Shown: piece by piece, positions 1-11,981 of the stretch
How the letters are laid out: each line of letters starts with the position of its first letter
Position numbering within the stretch: the stretch's first letter is position 1
From: an uncultured delta proteobacterium
Lineage (GTDB): Bacteria > Myxococcota_A > Polyangia > Polyangiales > Polyangiaceae
DNA length: 64,000 nt
Direction of reading: 5' to 3'
Assembly (NCBI GenBank): GCA_963841435.1
Contig: CAWJCS010000002.1
Span: 960,001-1,024,000 of the forward strand
Translations under genes and position numbers: made by a program
Notes under the pieces: model-generated
Told to the model about the DNA's origin: nothing
What the model saw: only the letters and a program-made list of their open reading frames with translations
Database searches by the model: none

Positions 1-807
1 CACCTCCGCATCAGTCCCGAGCAGGCTCGCGATCTCGATCCGGCCCAGCTTTTCGTGCTCGCCGGGGGCACTCAGGCCGAACGCGGCTCCGCGCTGCGTC
101 GCCTCGCGTCCGGCGAGCACCCCGCCTTCTGCCTCGTGCCCGGCGACACCGTGATCCTCTCGAGTCGCATCATCCCCGGCAACGAGCGCGAGGTGTTTGC
201 GATGCAAAACGACCTCTTGCGCCTCGGTGTGAGCCTGCACACGCGTGTGACGGACCCGGACGTGCATGCGAGCGGCCATGCGTCGAGGAGCGAGCAACGC
301 CGCATGCTCGAGCTCGTCCGCCCGCGCGCGTTCGTTCCCGTGCACGGCACGCTCCATCATCTGCTCGCCCACGCGGCGCTTGCTCGGGAGGCGGGTGTGG
401 GCTCGGTCGCCGTGGTCGAGAACGGCACCCCGCTCGTCTTCGACGGCCATGGCCTCCGAAGGGAGCCCGAGGTGCCGCACGGCGCCATTTCGGTTGCTCT
501 CGGTGGCGCCCCCGCGGGCCCGGCCACGCTCAAGGAGCGCGCCGAGCTCGCACGCTCGGGTGTCGTCGTGGTCGCGCTCTGGCCGGAAGGCGACCTGGCC
601 CCCGAGGTGCGCGCCCGCGGCGTGCCCGGCCTCGACGAAGCCGGACTTTTCGCGCTCGCCCGCGAAGCCGCCCGCGCCAGCGCCGCTCATCGCGCGGGTC
701 GCGGCCTCACGCGCGAGGAGCTCGTGCGTCGGGCCGTCCGCCGCAAGCTCGAGGACCTGACAGGCACTCGTCCGCCCGTCGAGGTGCTCGTCGCGCGCGG
801 CGACTGA
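1..807 (+). CDS. rnj: Ribonuclease J, C-terminal part (5' end outside window)
   Basis: Frame open from base 1. Motifs GTQAE, GDTVILSSRIIPGNE, VHASGHA and FVPVHG match the beta-CASP RNase J family. Confidence 0.9.
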   Translation, partial: HLRISPEQARDLDPAQLFVLAGGTQAERGSALRRLASGEHPAFCLVPGDTVILSSRIIPGNEREVFAMQNDLLRLGVSLHTRVTDPDVHASGHASRSEQRRMLELVRPRAFVPVHGTLHHLLAHAALAREAGVGSVAVVENGTPLVFDGHGLRREPEVPHGAISVALGGAPAGPATLKERAELARSGVVVVALWPEGDLAPEVRARGVPGLDEAGLFALAREAARASAAHRAGRGLTREELVRRAVRRKLEDLTGTRPPVEVLVARGD

Positions 808-840
808 GCACGTGACACGCACGCAGCCCGAGGCTCGGGC

Positions 841-1542
841 TCAGGCGGGGAGGGCTTTTTCGCCCAGCTCCGCCTTGCACGTCAGGCACTTCTTGGGCAC
901 GCGGTCCTTCAGGTACACCTGGCAGCACTGCGGGCAGAGGCGCGCGTCGCGCTCGAACGCGATGGGCTTGCCGCTCGCCGCGCAGTTTCGCCCCGCAATC
1001 TGCAGGGATTCGACCACGAGCACCTCACCGTCGCCCTCGGCCGGCGCGGGCAGCCCCTGAACCGCGTCGCGTTTCACGTCCATGGCCTCGGGGATGCGGC
1101 GTGTTCCTTCGGCGAGGATCCGCGCGACGCCCTTCGGATGCGCCTGAATCACGATCTTGAGCGTCTGCGACTTGCCCTCGAGCACGAGCTTGCCGTCGGC
1201 GGCGTAGACCCGCTCGATGTCGCACCACGCGAAGCGCTCGAGCTCCTTGCCGCGCTCGACGGCGACGCCCGCGTCGCCCACGCGGATCGGCAGGGTGCCG
1301 ATATCGCCGTAGTAGAGCGAGCCCGCGAGCAAGAGCGCGCCGCTCACGAGCAGATAGGGCGCGAACGTGCTCGGATGTTGCGACAGCCACTGCGAGTACA
1401 CGCCCGCCCCGAGGCCGAGCCCTCCGAGCATGCCGATCGCCACGGTGACCTTCGACGCGTAGGTTTGCTCGCCGACGTAGCGGCGCTCCTTGCGCGTGCG
1501 CTTGGTCTTCTTGCCCTTTTTTTGCTTGGTCGCTTCGGCCAT
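841..1542 (-). CDS. Hypothetical membrane protein: 2 TM helices, PH-like middle, C-terminal Cys-rich zinc-binding domain
   Basis: ATG at 1542 (MAEATKQKK); two hydrophobic segments; C-terminus CAASGKPI...CPQCCQVY...CLTC. Confidence 0.7.
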   Translation of the reverse strand: MAEATKQKKGKKTKRTRKERRYVGEQTYASKVTVAIGMLGGLGLGAGVYSQWLSQHPSTFAPYLLVSGALLLAGSLYYGDIGTLPIRVGDAGVAVERGKELERFAWCDIERVYAADGKLVLEGKSQTLKIVIQAHPKGVARILAEGTRRIPEAMDVKRDAVQGLPAPAEGDGEVLVVESLQIAGRNCAASGKPIAFERDARLCPQCCQVYLKDRVPKKCLTCKAELGEKALPA

Positions 1543-1728
1543 GAGGTCTGCTTCTAGTCTCGACTTGGGCAGTCTTGGAAGGCAAGATCTCGAGTGGCGA
1601 GTCGCCACACGAAAGACTGCGACGGCCGGCGTCGCGGCGCGGGAGCCTAGCGTGTCTTTGGCGGGTGGTCTCGCACAATACAAAGTGGTCTGTTGCGGGG
1701 GCGGCGTGCGTGAGATACCCCGATTGGG

Positions 1729-3084
1729 GTGGACCCCCTGCCCGCGCAACCCCGCGGCAAGCCACGCGGACCACGAGGGCGTTACACGCTCTACGTTTTT
1801 CCGGTCGTTGCCGTTGCCTGCGTCGCGTTCGCGCTCCTGACCGCCGGACCGGTGCATCCCTATCGGGTCGCGCGCGTGTGGGGCGGTCCGACCGACGCTT
1901 CACGTGTTGCATTTCGCATCGAGGTTTTCGACGTGGTGCCCGATCAGGGGGGAGGCTCGGAGGAGCTGCCCGTCCGTTCGGGTAGTGCGGCCGTGCACGT
2001 CGCTCGAGCGGGCTCCGAGGCCGCGCGCGTCGTTTCTCTCAACGTCGAAGGTGGCGCGGAAGTGGCGGTCGAGGTGACGCCTTCCGCCGATCCGCTCGCG
2101 ATCACGGTGTCCCAGGCCGCCACCGAGCTCGCCGGCGGCGCGGTGGCGCTCGACGCCGCGCGCTGGGCGTCCGTGGCGCGACGGCGTGGCGGTTTCGTTT
2201 CGGGCGCCGCCGGTCCGTTCGAGGTGCGCGTCGCTGCGGCGCGCGGCGCGTTCGCCGTGCCCTTCGTCGAGCCCCTCGTCGTGGAGGTACGCCGCGCGGG
2301 TGCTCCGGTTGCGGGTGGCGCGGTGTCCGCCAAGGTCGCGGGCGGCGCCGTCACCTCGGCGCTTCGCGCGTCCACCGACGCACGCGGCCGCGCCCGCTTC
2401 GAGCTGCGCCCCGACGAGCACAGCCTGAGCGTCACGCTGCACGTCGAGGATGCATCGGGGTCGGGCGACGTGAGCTTCGGGCTCTCCGTCGTGCCCGGCG
2501 CGCTCCGCGCGACCCTCGACGGGCGTACGCTCGTCGTCGAGTCACCCGTGCCGCGCGAGGTCGCGTACTTCGCGCTCGTGACGGAGCACGAACGGCTGCT
2601 CGCGGGCCGCCTGGCACTCGTCCCCGATGCGCGCGGCAGGAGCAGCGCTCGCTTCGACATCCCCCCGGGGCTCGCGCCGACGTACGCCGTCGTCTCGAGC
2701 GAGCGCGACCTCAGGAGCCCGTCTGCCATCGGCTGGCCGCTCGCCGCGAGCGACGAGCCGTCGCGCACGTTCGACGCCGTCGAGGCGCTCTTGGTCGACG
2801 GCCGCCCGCGCGCGGCGCTCCACGAGGCGCGGCGTGTGCGACGCGTGCGCTGGGTGACGGCCGCCTTCTGCGCCGCAGCGCTCGTCATCGAGCTCGCGCT
2901 GCTCGTGTGGCTCACCCGCGCGAGCGATCGGGCGCTGGATGCTCACCTCGAGGGGGCGGGTGTCGGCGCCGAGGACGCGAGCCGGCTCGCGCCCAAGCGC
3001 TCGAAGGCGCTTCTGCTCGCCCTGCTGCTCGTCGCCCTCGGATTCGTCATCGTGGCGCTGGTCGGCATCCTCAAGCTCGGCTAA
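1729..3084 (+). CDS. Hypothetical membrane protein with beta-rich (Ig-like) extracytoplasmic region
   Basis: 451-aa ORF; N-terminal TM, TDARGRARF motif typical of Ig-like/Big domains, two C-terminal TM helices. Confidence 0.65.
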   Translation: MDPLPAQPRGKPRGPRGRYTLYVFPVVAVACVAFALLTAGPVHPYRVARVWGGPTDASRVAFRIEVFDVVPDQGGGSEELPVRSGSAAVHVARAGSEAARVVSLNVEGGAEVAVEVTPSADPLAITVSQAATELAGGAVALDAARWASVARRRGGFVSGAAGPFEVRVAAARGAFAVPFVEPLVVEVRRAGAPVAGGAVSAKVAGGAVTSALRASTDARGRARFELRPDEHSLSVTLHVEDASGSGDVSFGLSVVPGALRATLDGRTLVVESPVPREVAYFALVTEHERLLAGRLALVPDARGRSSARFDIPPGLAPTYAVVSSERDLRSPSAIGWPLAASDEPSRTFDAVEALLVDGRPRAALHEARRVRRVRWVTAAFCAAALVIELALLVWLTRASDRALDAHLEGAGVGAEDASRLAPKRSKALLLALLLVALGFVIVALVGILKLG

Positions 3085-3119
3085 CCTGGCGCCCGTCCTC
3101 CTTTTTTCACGGTGCCCTC

Positions 3120-3419
3120 ATGAAGACGTCACGCCTGATTCGCCTCAATCCCGCAACAATCGTCCTCTTTGGCACCGTCGGGCTCGTCGCCGTGCCCGCC
3201 TGCTCCGGGAGCGATCCCGTGCAGACCTATCCGGGCGGGGGCGGCAGCTCCGGCAAGGGCGGCTCGAGTGGCAGCTCCGGCAAGGGCGGCTCGAGTGGCG
3301 GCGCGGGCTCGAGCGGCACGAGCGGCAGTGGGGGCAAGGGCGGGACGAGCGGTGGCGGCGGCTCGAGCGGCAGTGGCGGCGCGGGCGAGTCGGGCCAGGC
3401 AGGCGAGGGTGGGGCGTAG
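3120..3419 (+). CDS. Small Gly/Ser-rich lipoprotein
   Basis: MKTSRLIRL...VAVPAC lipobox-like signal followed only by GGSSG repeats. Confidence 0.55.
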   Translation: MKTSRLIRLNPATIVLFGTVGLVAVPACSGSDPVQTYPGGGGSSGKGGSSGSSGKGGSSGGAGSSGTSGSGGKGGTSGGGGSSGSGGAGESGQAGEGGA

Positions 3420-3441
3420 GTCGAGGGGCTTCGTCGAGCCC

Positions 3442-4752
3442 TCAGGGCGGCTCGCGCAAGAGCCGCGCTAGCACGCGCGTCATGACGCCGACGTCGTCGG
3501 TGCCCGCCGTCTCGCGGCAGGAGTGCATGCCGAGCATCGGATTGCCGACGTCGAGCGTGCTCACGCCGAGGCGCGCCGCCGTGATCGGCCCGATCGTGCT
3601 GCCGCAGGGCTGGTCGTTGCGAGAGGCGAAGTACTGGGGGGTCACGCCCTCCGCGCGGCAAGCCTCAACGAACGCCCCCTGCGCGATACCGTCGGTCGCG
3701 TAGCTCTGGTTGGCGTTGACCTTGATGACGGGCCCCGCGCCGATCACGGGGCGGTGCTGCTTGTCGTGCTTGTCCGCGTAGTTCGGGTGCACGGCATGCG
3801 CCATGTCGGCGGAGACGAACAGCGAGCGGGCGAGCGCGCGGGCCGGGCCGTCGCCGCCCGCGCCGGGAAACGCGAGCGTCAACCGCTCGAGCACCGATTC
3901 GAGCCACAACGAGCGCGCACCCGACGCCGTCTGGCTGCCCACCTCCTCGTGATCGTAGAGCACGAGGACGCGCGTCGCGGCGCCCGCCGCGCCCGCGGCG
4001 AGCAGCGCGCGGTAAGCGGGGTAGCAGGACCCGAGGTTGTCGAGGCGCGCCGACGCGACGAGCTCCTGGCTCGCGCCAGCAATCGCCGCGCCCTGCACGT
4101 CGAACAGGCTGAGGTCGAACCCGACGACGTCCTCGACCCGCGCGCCCGCCGAGCCGGTCGCGGCGAGCGCTTCGACGACGAGCTCGAGCACGCTCCTCGG
4201 GCCGTGATCCCCCTCGAGCCCCCAAATCGGCGCGAGGTGGAGCTGCGGGTTTAGCACCAGCCCCTCCTTGTTGACCTCGCGGTTCAGATGAATGGCAAGG
4301 TTCGGAATGCGGCAGACCGCTCCCGGCAGCCGCACGAGCTCGGTTCGGCCACCCGAGAGCACGATCCGCCCCGCCACCGACAGATCGCGATCGAGCCAGG
4401 TCGAAAAAAGGACACCGCCGTACACCTCGGGCGAAAGCTGTCGGTAGCCGCCGCCCTCGAAGCCTGGGCTCGGCTTGAGGTGCAGGTTCGGTGAATCGGT
4501 GTGCGCGCCCAGCATCACGAAGCCCGCTTCCCAGGGCGGCAGCGTGCCGAGCACGAAAGCAATCAGTGACCCGCCCCGCACGAGGAAGCCCCGTGCCCCC
4601 GGTGCGAGCGACCAGGCGCTTGCCTCGTCGAGCTTATCGAAGCCGGCCGCGGCGAGCCGCACGCCGACCTCGCGTGCCGCGTGGTACGGCGTGGGGGACG
4701 CGTCGAGGAAGGCGACGAAGTCCCGGGTGTGCTCGGAAGCGGTCACGGCCAT
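3442..4752 (-). CDS. M18 family aminopeptidase (aspartyl aminopeptidase-like)
   Basis: SPTPYHA, GAHTDSP, RLDNL, DHEEVGS, SADMAHAVHPNY and MHSCRE are all M18 motifs; start MAVTASEH. Confidence 0.93.
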   Translation of the reverse strand: MAVTASEHTRDFVAFLDASPTPYHAAREVGVRLAAAGFDKLDEASAWSLAPGARGFLVRGGSLIAFVLGTLPPWEAGFVMLGAHTDSPNLHLKPSPGFEGGGYRQLSPEVYGGVLFSTWLDRDLSVAGRIVLSGGRTELVRLPGAVCRIPNLAIHLNREVNKEGLVLNPQLHLAPIWGLEGDHGPRSVLELVVEALAATGSAGARVEDVVGFDLSLFDVQGAAIAGASQELVASARLDNLGSCYPAYRALLAAGAAGAATRVLVLYDHEEVGSQTASGARSLWLESVLERLTLAFPGAGGDGPARALARSLFVSADMAHAVHPNYADKHDKQHRPVIGAGPVIKVNANQSYATDGIAQGAFVEACRAEGVTPQYFASRNDQPCGSTIGPITAARLGVSTLDVGNPMLGMHSCRETAGTDDVGVMTRVLARLLREPP

Positions 4753-4791
4753 GGGCAATCCAGTATAGATCAGTGTTATGGGTCCCCCGCC

Positions 4792-5841
4792 GTGCTCACG
4801 CGAGACGTAGCGTTCGAGGGCTTCACCTACCGCGAGTGGGTGCTCTTGCGGGAGGCGTTCCGCCCGACGCCGGGCCTGCCGCGGGAGCGTAGCGAACGGC
4901 AGCAGGCCGACGCCGTCGAGGCCGTGCGCGCGCACCCCGCGGGCGGCGTCGTTGCGGTCACGAGCGGTAGCCAGCTGCGCAAGCTCGTGAGCACGCGCAT
5001 CGGTCGCCTCGACGTGCGCGAGCAGCCCTGGCCCGAGGCGCTCGAGTCGCTGGCGGCGCGCCACGCCGCGCGCTGGGCGGCGGAGCTCACGGCCGGAGCG
5101 CTCGACGACCTCATGGATCGCTTCGGCGATCGACTGAACCCCGGCCAGGACTACCTCTCGCAGGCGCTCGACGCGCTCGGCATCCTGCGCGAGCTCGAGG
5201 CCGAGGGCGCCCTGTCCGTCTGGCCGGGCCGCATCGCCGAGTGGCCCGTCCCGAGCGAGCGCGCGCTCCTGCGCGGGCTCGACATGCTGTGTCCCGACGG
5301 TCGTGCGCTCGTGCTCGGCGTGTTCGACGCCGGCGATCTTGCGACGTGCCTCGTTTTGCGTCGCCGCGGCAGTGGCTTCGACAAGCTCGTGGGGCCGGCC
5401 GAGCTGCGCCCGCACATGGGCCTATTGTCCGGCGACTTCCATCGCGATCAGCGCTTCCTCAGCGCGGCCGTCGAGCGGCAGGTCGCTCCCGTGGCCGCGG
5501 GCTGTTTCGGCGAGCTCGCGACGTTCCGCGCCCTTTCGGGGAGCCGGGCGCCGGGCGCCTGGGCCCGTGCCGTCGCCGCCCACCAGATCGTGATTGCTCC
5601 GTGGTCGCCCGGCGTCGCGCTGCCGCTCGGCCTCGACGTCGGGCGCGCCTTGTTCCGCGAAATTGGCGCTTTCGCGAGCTGGCTCGGCGCCGGCCACCTG
5701 CTCTCCCGCGACGGCCCGCTCGCCCACGCCGTGCTCGGCCTCGAGCGGCCGTCGTGGCTCGACCACGACCTCACGGAGTTTCTCGGCTTCGATCCCTGGA
5801 AGCTCGTCAGCCGGTTGCTCTCCCGCGGCCCGGAGGCCTGA
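4792..5841 (+). CDS. Hypothetical protein
   Basis: GTG start, normal GC-rich codon usage, stop 2 nt before the next gene. Confidence 0.6.
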   Translation: MLTRDVAFEGFTYREWVLLREAFRPTPGLPRERSERQQADAVEAVRAHPAGGVVAVTSGSQLRKLVSTRIGRLDVREQPWPEALESLAARHAARWAAELTAGALDDLMDRFGDRLNPGQDYLSQALDALGILRELEAEGALSVWPGRIAEWPVPSERALLRGLDMLCPDGRALVLGVFDAGDLATCLVLRRRGSGFDKLVGPAELRPHMGLLSGDFHRDQRFLSAAVERQVAPVAAGCFGELATFRALSGSRAPGAWARAVAAHQIVIAPWSPGVALPLGLDVGRALFREIGAFASWLGAGHLLSRDGPLAHAVLGLERPSWLDHDLTEFLGFDPWKLVSRLLSRGPEA

Positions 5842-5843
5842 GC

Positions 5844-7433
5844 GTGAAGCGCTTCGGCATTCGTCGCCGCCTCACGCTCGCGATCCTGCTCACGGCGTTG
5901 ATCCCCGTGCTCGTCGCGATCTGGCTCGCCGAGACCACGGTGCGCCAAACCTCGGCGCGCTTCTTCGTGCCCGAGGTCGGCGCGCGGCTCGATCGCTCGC
6001 TCGGTCTCTACCAGGAGCTCGCGCGCGCCGTGAAGGCCGGGATGAAGAGCGAGGCTGGCGCCGTTGCGGTCGACGCGGAGCTCCGCCGCGCTGCCTCGGC
6101 GGGCGACCCGGCGGCCGTGCAGCTCGCGCTCCGCCGGCTGTTCGTCGGCCACGACGGCCTGGTCTCGCTCACGGTTCGCGACGGCGAGCGCGTGCTCGGC
6201 CACGTCGATCGCGGCCGGGCCATCGACACGCGTCTCGAAAACACCTTCGAGGTGTCACGCCCGCTCGAGGTGTCGCCCGCACCCCCTGCGAGCGCGGCGG
6301 CCCCACGGCCCAAAGAGAACGACGAGCGCCCCTCGCCCGCGGATCTCGACGATGACGAGCCTGCGGGCAGTGAGCTCGTCGCCGTGTTCGCGGCCGACAA
6401 GGCGCGCTTCGAAGAGCTCTCGGAGGCGAGCGAGTTCGTCGACACCTACCGGCAAATCGAGCGCCGCCGCAGCGCCGACGAGCGAAGCTACGTGCTCGCC
6501 TTCGCCGCGCTGCTCGGCGTCACCATCCTCGCCGCCGTGGGCGTCGGCGGACTCATCGCGGGCGACGTCGCGCGCCGGGTCGTAGAGCTCGAAGCCGCCA
6601 CGCGTCGCGTCGCGCTCGGCGACCTCAGCGTCCGTGTCCCCGAAGACCGCGACGACGAGCTCGGTGTGCTGTCGCGCGCCTTCAACCGCATGCTCGCCGA
6701 GGTCGAGGCAAGCCGCGCGCGCATCGAATACCTGCAGCGCATCAGCGCGTGGCAAGAGATGGCGCGGCGGCTCGCCCACGAAATCAAGAATCCGCTCACT
6801 CCCATTCAGCTCGCCGTGCAGGACATCCACAGCCGCTACGACGGGCAGAGCCCCGAGTATCGCGCGCTGCTCGACACCACGCTCGAGGTCGTCGAGGACG
6901 AGGTCGGCACGCTCAGGCGCCTCGTCTCGGAGTTTTCCGATTTTGCCCGGCTGCCGCGCGCGGATCTCGAAGAGGGCGACCTCGTCGGCTTCCTCAGCGA
7001 GCTGTCCGAGCAGCCGCTGCTCCACGACGACGAGCGCCACGCAGGCGCGACGAACGGTGGGGGTCCCGCGGTCGACTTCGAGCTTCCCGAAGGCCAGGCG
7101 CTCGTGCAAATGGATCGCCAGATGCTCCGGCGCGTGCTGATCAACCTCGTGCAGAACGCCGCCCAGGCCCTCGGCAAGCAGGGCCGCGTCCACGTTCGCC
7201 TCACGCGTGACGGCGACGCCTGGAACCTAGATGTCGAGGACGACGGCCCGGGCATCCCGAGCGAGCTACGCGAAGCGATCTTCGACCCGTACGTCACCAC
7301 GAAAACCGACGGGACGGGCCTCGGCCTCGCCATCGTCAAGAAGATCGTCGTCGAGCACCACGGCTCGATCAGCGCCGAGACGGGGTCGCTCGGCGGGGCC
7401 CGGCTGCGCGTGCGCCTGCCGGCGCTAAGCTGA
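5844..7433 (+). CDS. HAMP-domain sensor histidine kinase (NtrY-like)
   Basis: 2 TM helices, HAMP (DELGVLSRAFNRM), H-box LAHEIKNPLTPI, N-box NLVQNA, G-boxes DDGPG and GTGLGL. Confidence 0.93.
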   Translation: MKRFGIRRRLTLAILLTALIPVLVAIWLAETTVRQTSARFFVPEVGARLDRSLGLYQELARAVKAGMKSEAGAVAVDAELRRAASAGDPAAVQLALRRLFVGHDGLVSLTVRDGERVLGHVDRGRAIDTRLENTFEVSRPLEVSPAPPASAAAPRPKENDERPSPADLDDDEPAGSELVAVFAADKARFEELSEASEFVDTYRQIERRRSADERSYVLAFAALLGVTILAAVGVGGLIAGDVARRVVELEAATRRVALGDLSVRVPEDRDDELGVLSRAFNRMLAEVEASRARIEYLQRISAWQEMARRLAHEIKNPLTPIQLAVQDIHSRYDGQSPEYRALLDTTLEVVEDEVGTLRRLVSEFSDFARLPRADLEEGDLVGFLSELSEQPLLHDDERHAGATNGGGPAVDFELPEGQALVQMDRQMLRRVLINLVQNAAQALGKQGRVHVRLTRDGDAWNLDVEDDGPGIPSELREAIFDPYVTTKTDGTGLGLAIVKKIVVEHHGSISAETGSLGGARLRVRLPALS

Positions 7434-7436
7434 GCC

Positions 7437-7991
7437 ATGGCACGCCGGTCGTCGACGCCGCCCCACGCGAGCTTCATCACGCCGGCGCTCGTGCTGCTTT
7501 CGGCGGCGCTGTTCGGGCTCGTGGCGCTGCCGAAGCTCGCCCCGGATCGCTTCGTGGGCAAGCCGGCGCACGACTTCATGTTGCCGCGGCTCGACCCCAA
7601 GGGGAGTGCCTCGCCCGGCGCGATCCGTCTCTCGGACCTCGAGGGCAAGGCCGTGATCTTGGACTTCTGGGCGAGCTGGTGCCTGCCTTGCCGGGCGCAG
7701 GCGCCGATCGTCGACCGCGTCGCCGCCGCGCAGAAGAGCCGCGGCCTGCTCGCCGTTGGCATCGTCACCGGCGACTCGCCCGACGACGCTCGCGCCTTCC
7801 TCGCCGAGCACCCGACGGGCTACGACTCCGTCATCGACGAGCAGGGCGAGGCATCACGCGCCTTCGGCGTCGAGGGCCTGCCGACGCTCGTCGCCATCGA
7901 CAGGAAAGGCGAGGTCGTCGCCGTGCGCAAGGGCATGGTCTCCGAGAAGGAGCTGACGGCGATCGCCGAAGCGGCCATCGTCGGCCTCTGA
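7437..7991 (+). CDS. TlpA-family thiol:disulfide oxidoreductase
   Basis: N-terminal TM anchor; LDFWASWCLPC active site; GLPT cis-Pro motif. Confidence 0.9.
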   Translation: MARRSSTPPHASFITPALVLLSAALFGLVALPKLAPDRFVGKPAHDFMLPRLDPKGSASPGAIRLSDLEGKAVILDFWASWCLPCRAQAPIVDRVAAAQKSRGLLAVGIVTGDSPDDARAFLAEHPTGYDSVIDEQGEASRAFGVEGLPTLVAIDRKGEVVAVRKGMVSEKELTAIAEAAIVGL

Positions 7992-8117
7992 GCGTCGCGA
8001 CGACGGCCTGGCTAGGGGCGGCACGCCGCTCGCTGGGGCGGCTTTTTGGGGATTTTGCGGCGACCGCCGGTCGTCAGCGTGAAGCGCGCCCGAGCACGCC
8101 GTTCCACCACCCGCCCG

Positions 8118-10744
<2,627 letters not shown>

Positions 10745-10746
<2 letters not shown>

Positions 10747-11557
10747 GTTCGGACCTTATGGCGATGCCGTGCTCCTGGGAGTCGTCCAGGGCGCGACCGA
10801 GTTTCTTCCCATCTCGAGCAGCGGCCACCTGGCCCTCGCCGAGATCCTTTTTCACCTGGACGCGGGCGGCCTCACCTTCAACGTGCTGCTCCACGCGGGG
10901 ACTCTGTGCGCGACGCTGGTCGTGCTGCGTCACGAGGTTTGGCGCGCGGTCCGCGCCGGCTTCCCGGCGTTCGTGAGGCCGCGCCTGTTTCGCGAGTCGC
11001 CCGGGGGGCGCGATGCCCTCGTCGTGATCCTCGCGAGTGTACCGACGGCGATCATCGGATTGCTCCTCCGCGATCCCGTCGAGCGCTGGACCGAAAATCC
11101 GCTCATCATCGGGCTCGGCTTTCTCGGCACCACGGGCGCGCTGATGGTCGCGCACGCCTCGACGCCCGGCGACCGCGAGCAGCCGACGTGGCGCGGCGCG
11201 CTCGCCATCGGGCTTGCGCAGGGGCTCGCCGTGCTGCCCGGCCTTTCGCGCAGCGGCTCGACGATCGCCGTGGCGCTTTGGCTCGGCGTGAGCCGCAATC
11301 GCGCCTTCGTGCTCTCGATGCTGATGTCGCTGCCCGCCATCGTCGGCGCCGTCGTGCTCGAAGGGCGCCACGCCATCTCGGGTCCCGGGCCGGGGCTCAC
11401 GGCGATCATCGGGGCACTCGTCGCGTTCGGCACCGGAGCGATGGCGCTCGAATTCTTGAGGCGCGTCGTCGTGAGCGGCCGCTTCGGCTGGTTTGCCTTC
11501 TGGGTGGGGCCGCTCGCGCTCGCCACGATCGGCCTCGGGCTTGCGTGGCCGCGCTGA
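10745..11557 (+). CDS. uppP: Undecaprenyl-diphosphate phosphatase
   Basis: QGATEFLPISSSGHL and PGLSRSGSTI signature motifs; polytopic membrane protein. Confidence 0.95.
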
Positions 11558-11970
11558 GACGAGCCGCGCCGCTCCTTCTGTTCGCACTCGTCGGGTGCGG
11601 CAAGGTCGCGCGCGAGTGCCGAGCCGTCACCGCCCGCGCCAACGCCTTCATCGCCGAAAGCGCCCGCGTCGCGCCCGCTCCAGGGGCTTCACGCGCACGA
11701 ACCCAAGAGCAGGCGCTCGCGACGGCCGCCCGCTACGAAAAGCTCGCCGCCGATCTCGAAGCGCTTCACGTCACCTCGGGCAAGCTCGAGCCCGAGGTCC
11801 AAAGCTACCGCACGCTCGCGCTCCGTTCGGCGGTGGCCCTGCGCGCCGTCGCCAAGGCGCTCGGCGAGCACGATTTCGAAACCGCCCGCGCCCGCCGCGT
11901 CGAGCTCGACCGCGCTGCCCAGAGCGAAGCGCCGCTCGTCGCCCGCATCAACGCGATCTGCGCGCGCTGA
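11554..11970 (+). CDS. Hypothetical helical lipoprotein
   Basis: LLLFALVGC lipobox; overlaps the uppP stop; start codon uncertain (CTG assumed). Confidence 0.55.
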   Translation: MRRAAPLLLFALVGCGKVARECRAVTARANAFIAESARVAPAPGASRARTQEQALATAARYEKLAADLEALHVTSGKLEPEVQSYRTLALRSAVALRAVAKALGEHDFETARARRVELDRAAQSEAPLVARINAICAR

Positions 11971-11981
11971 GGCGATGCGCG

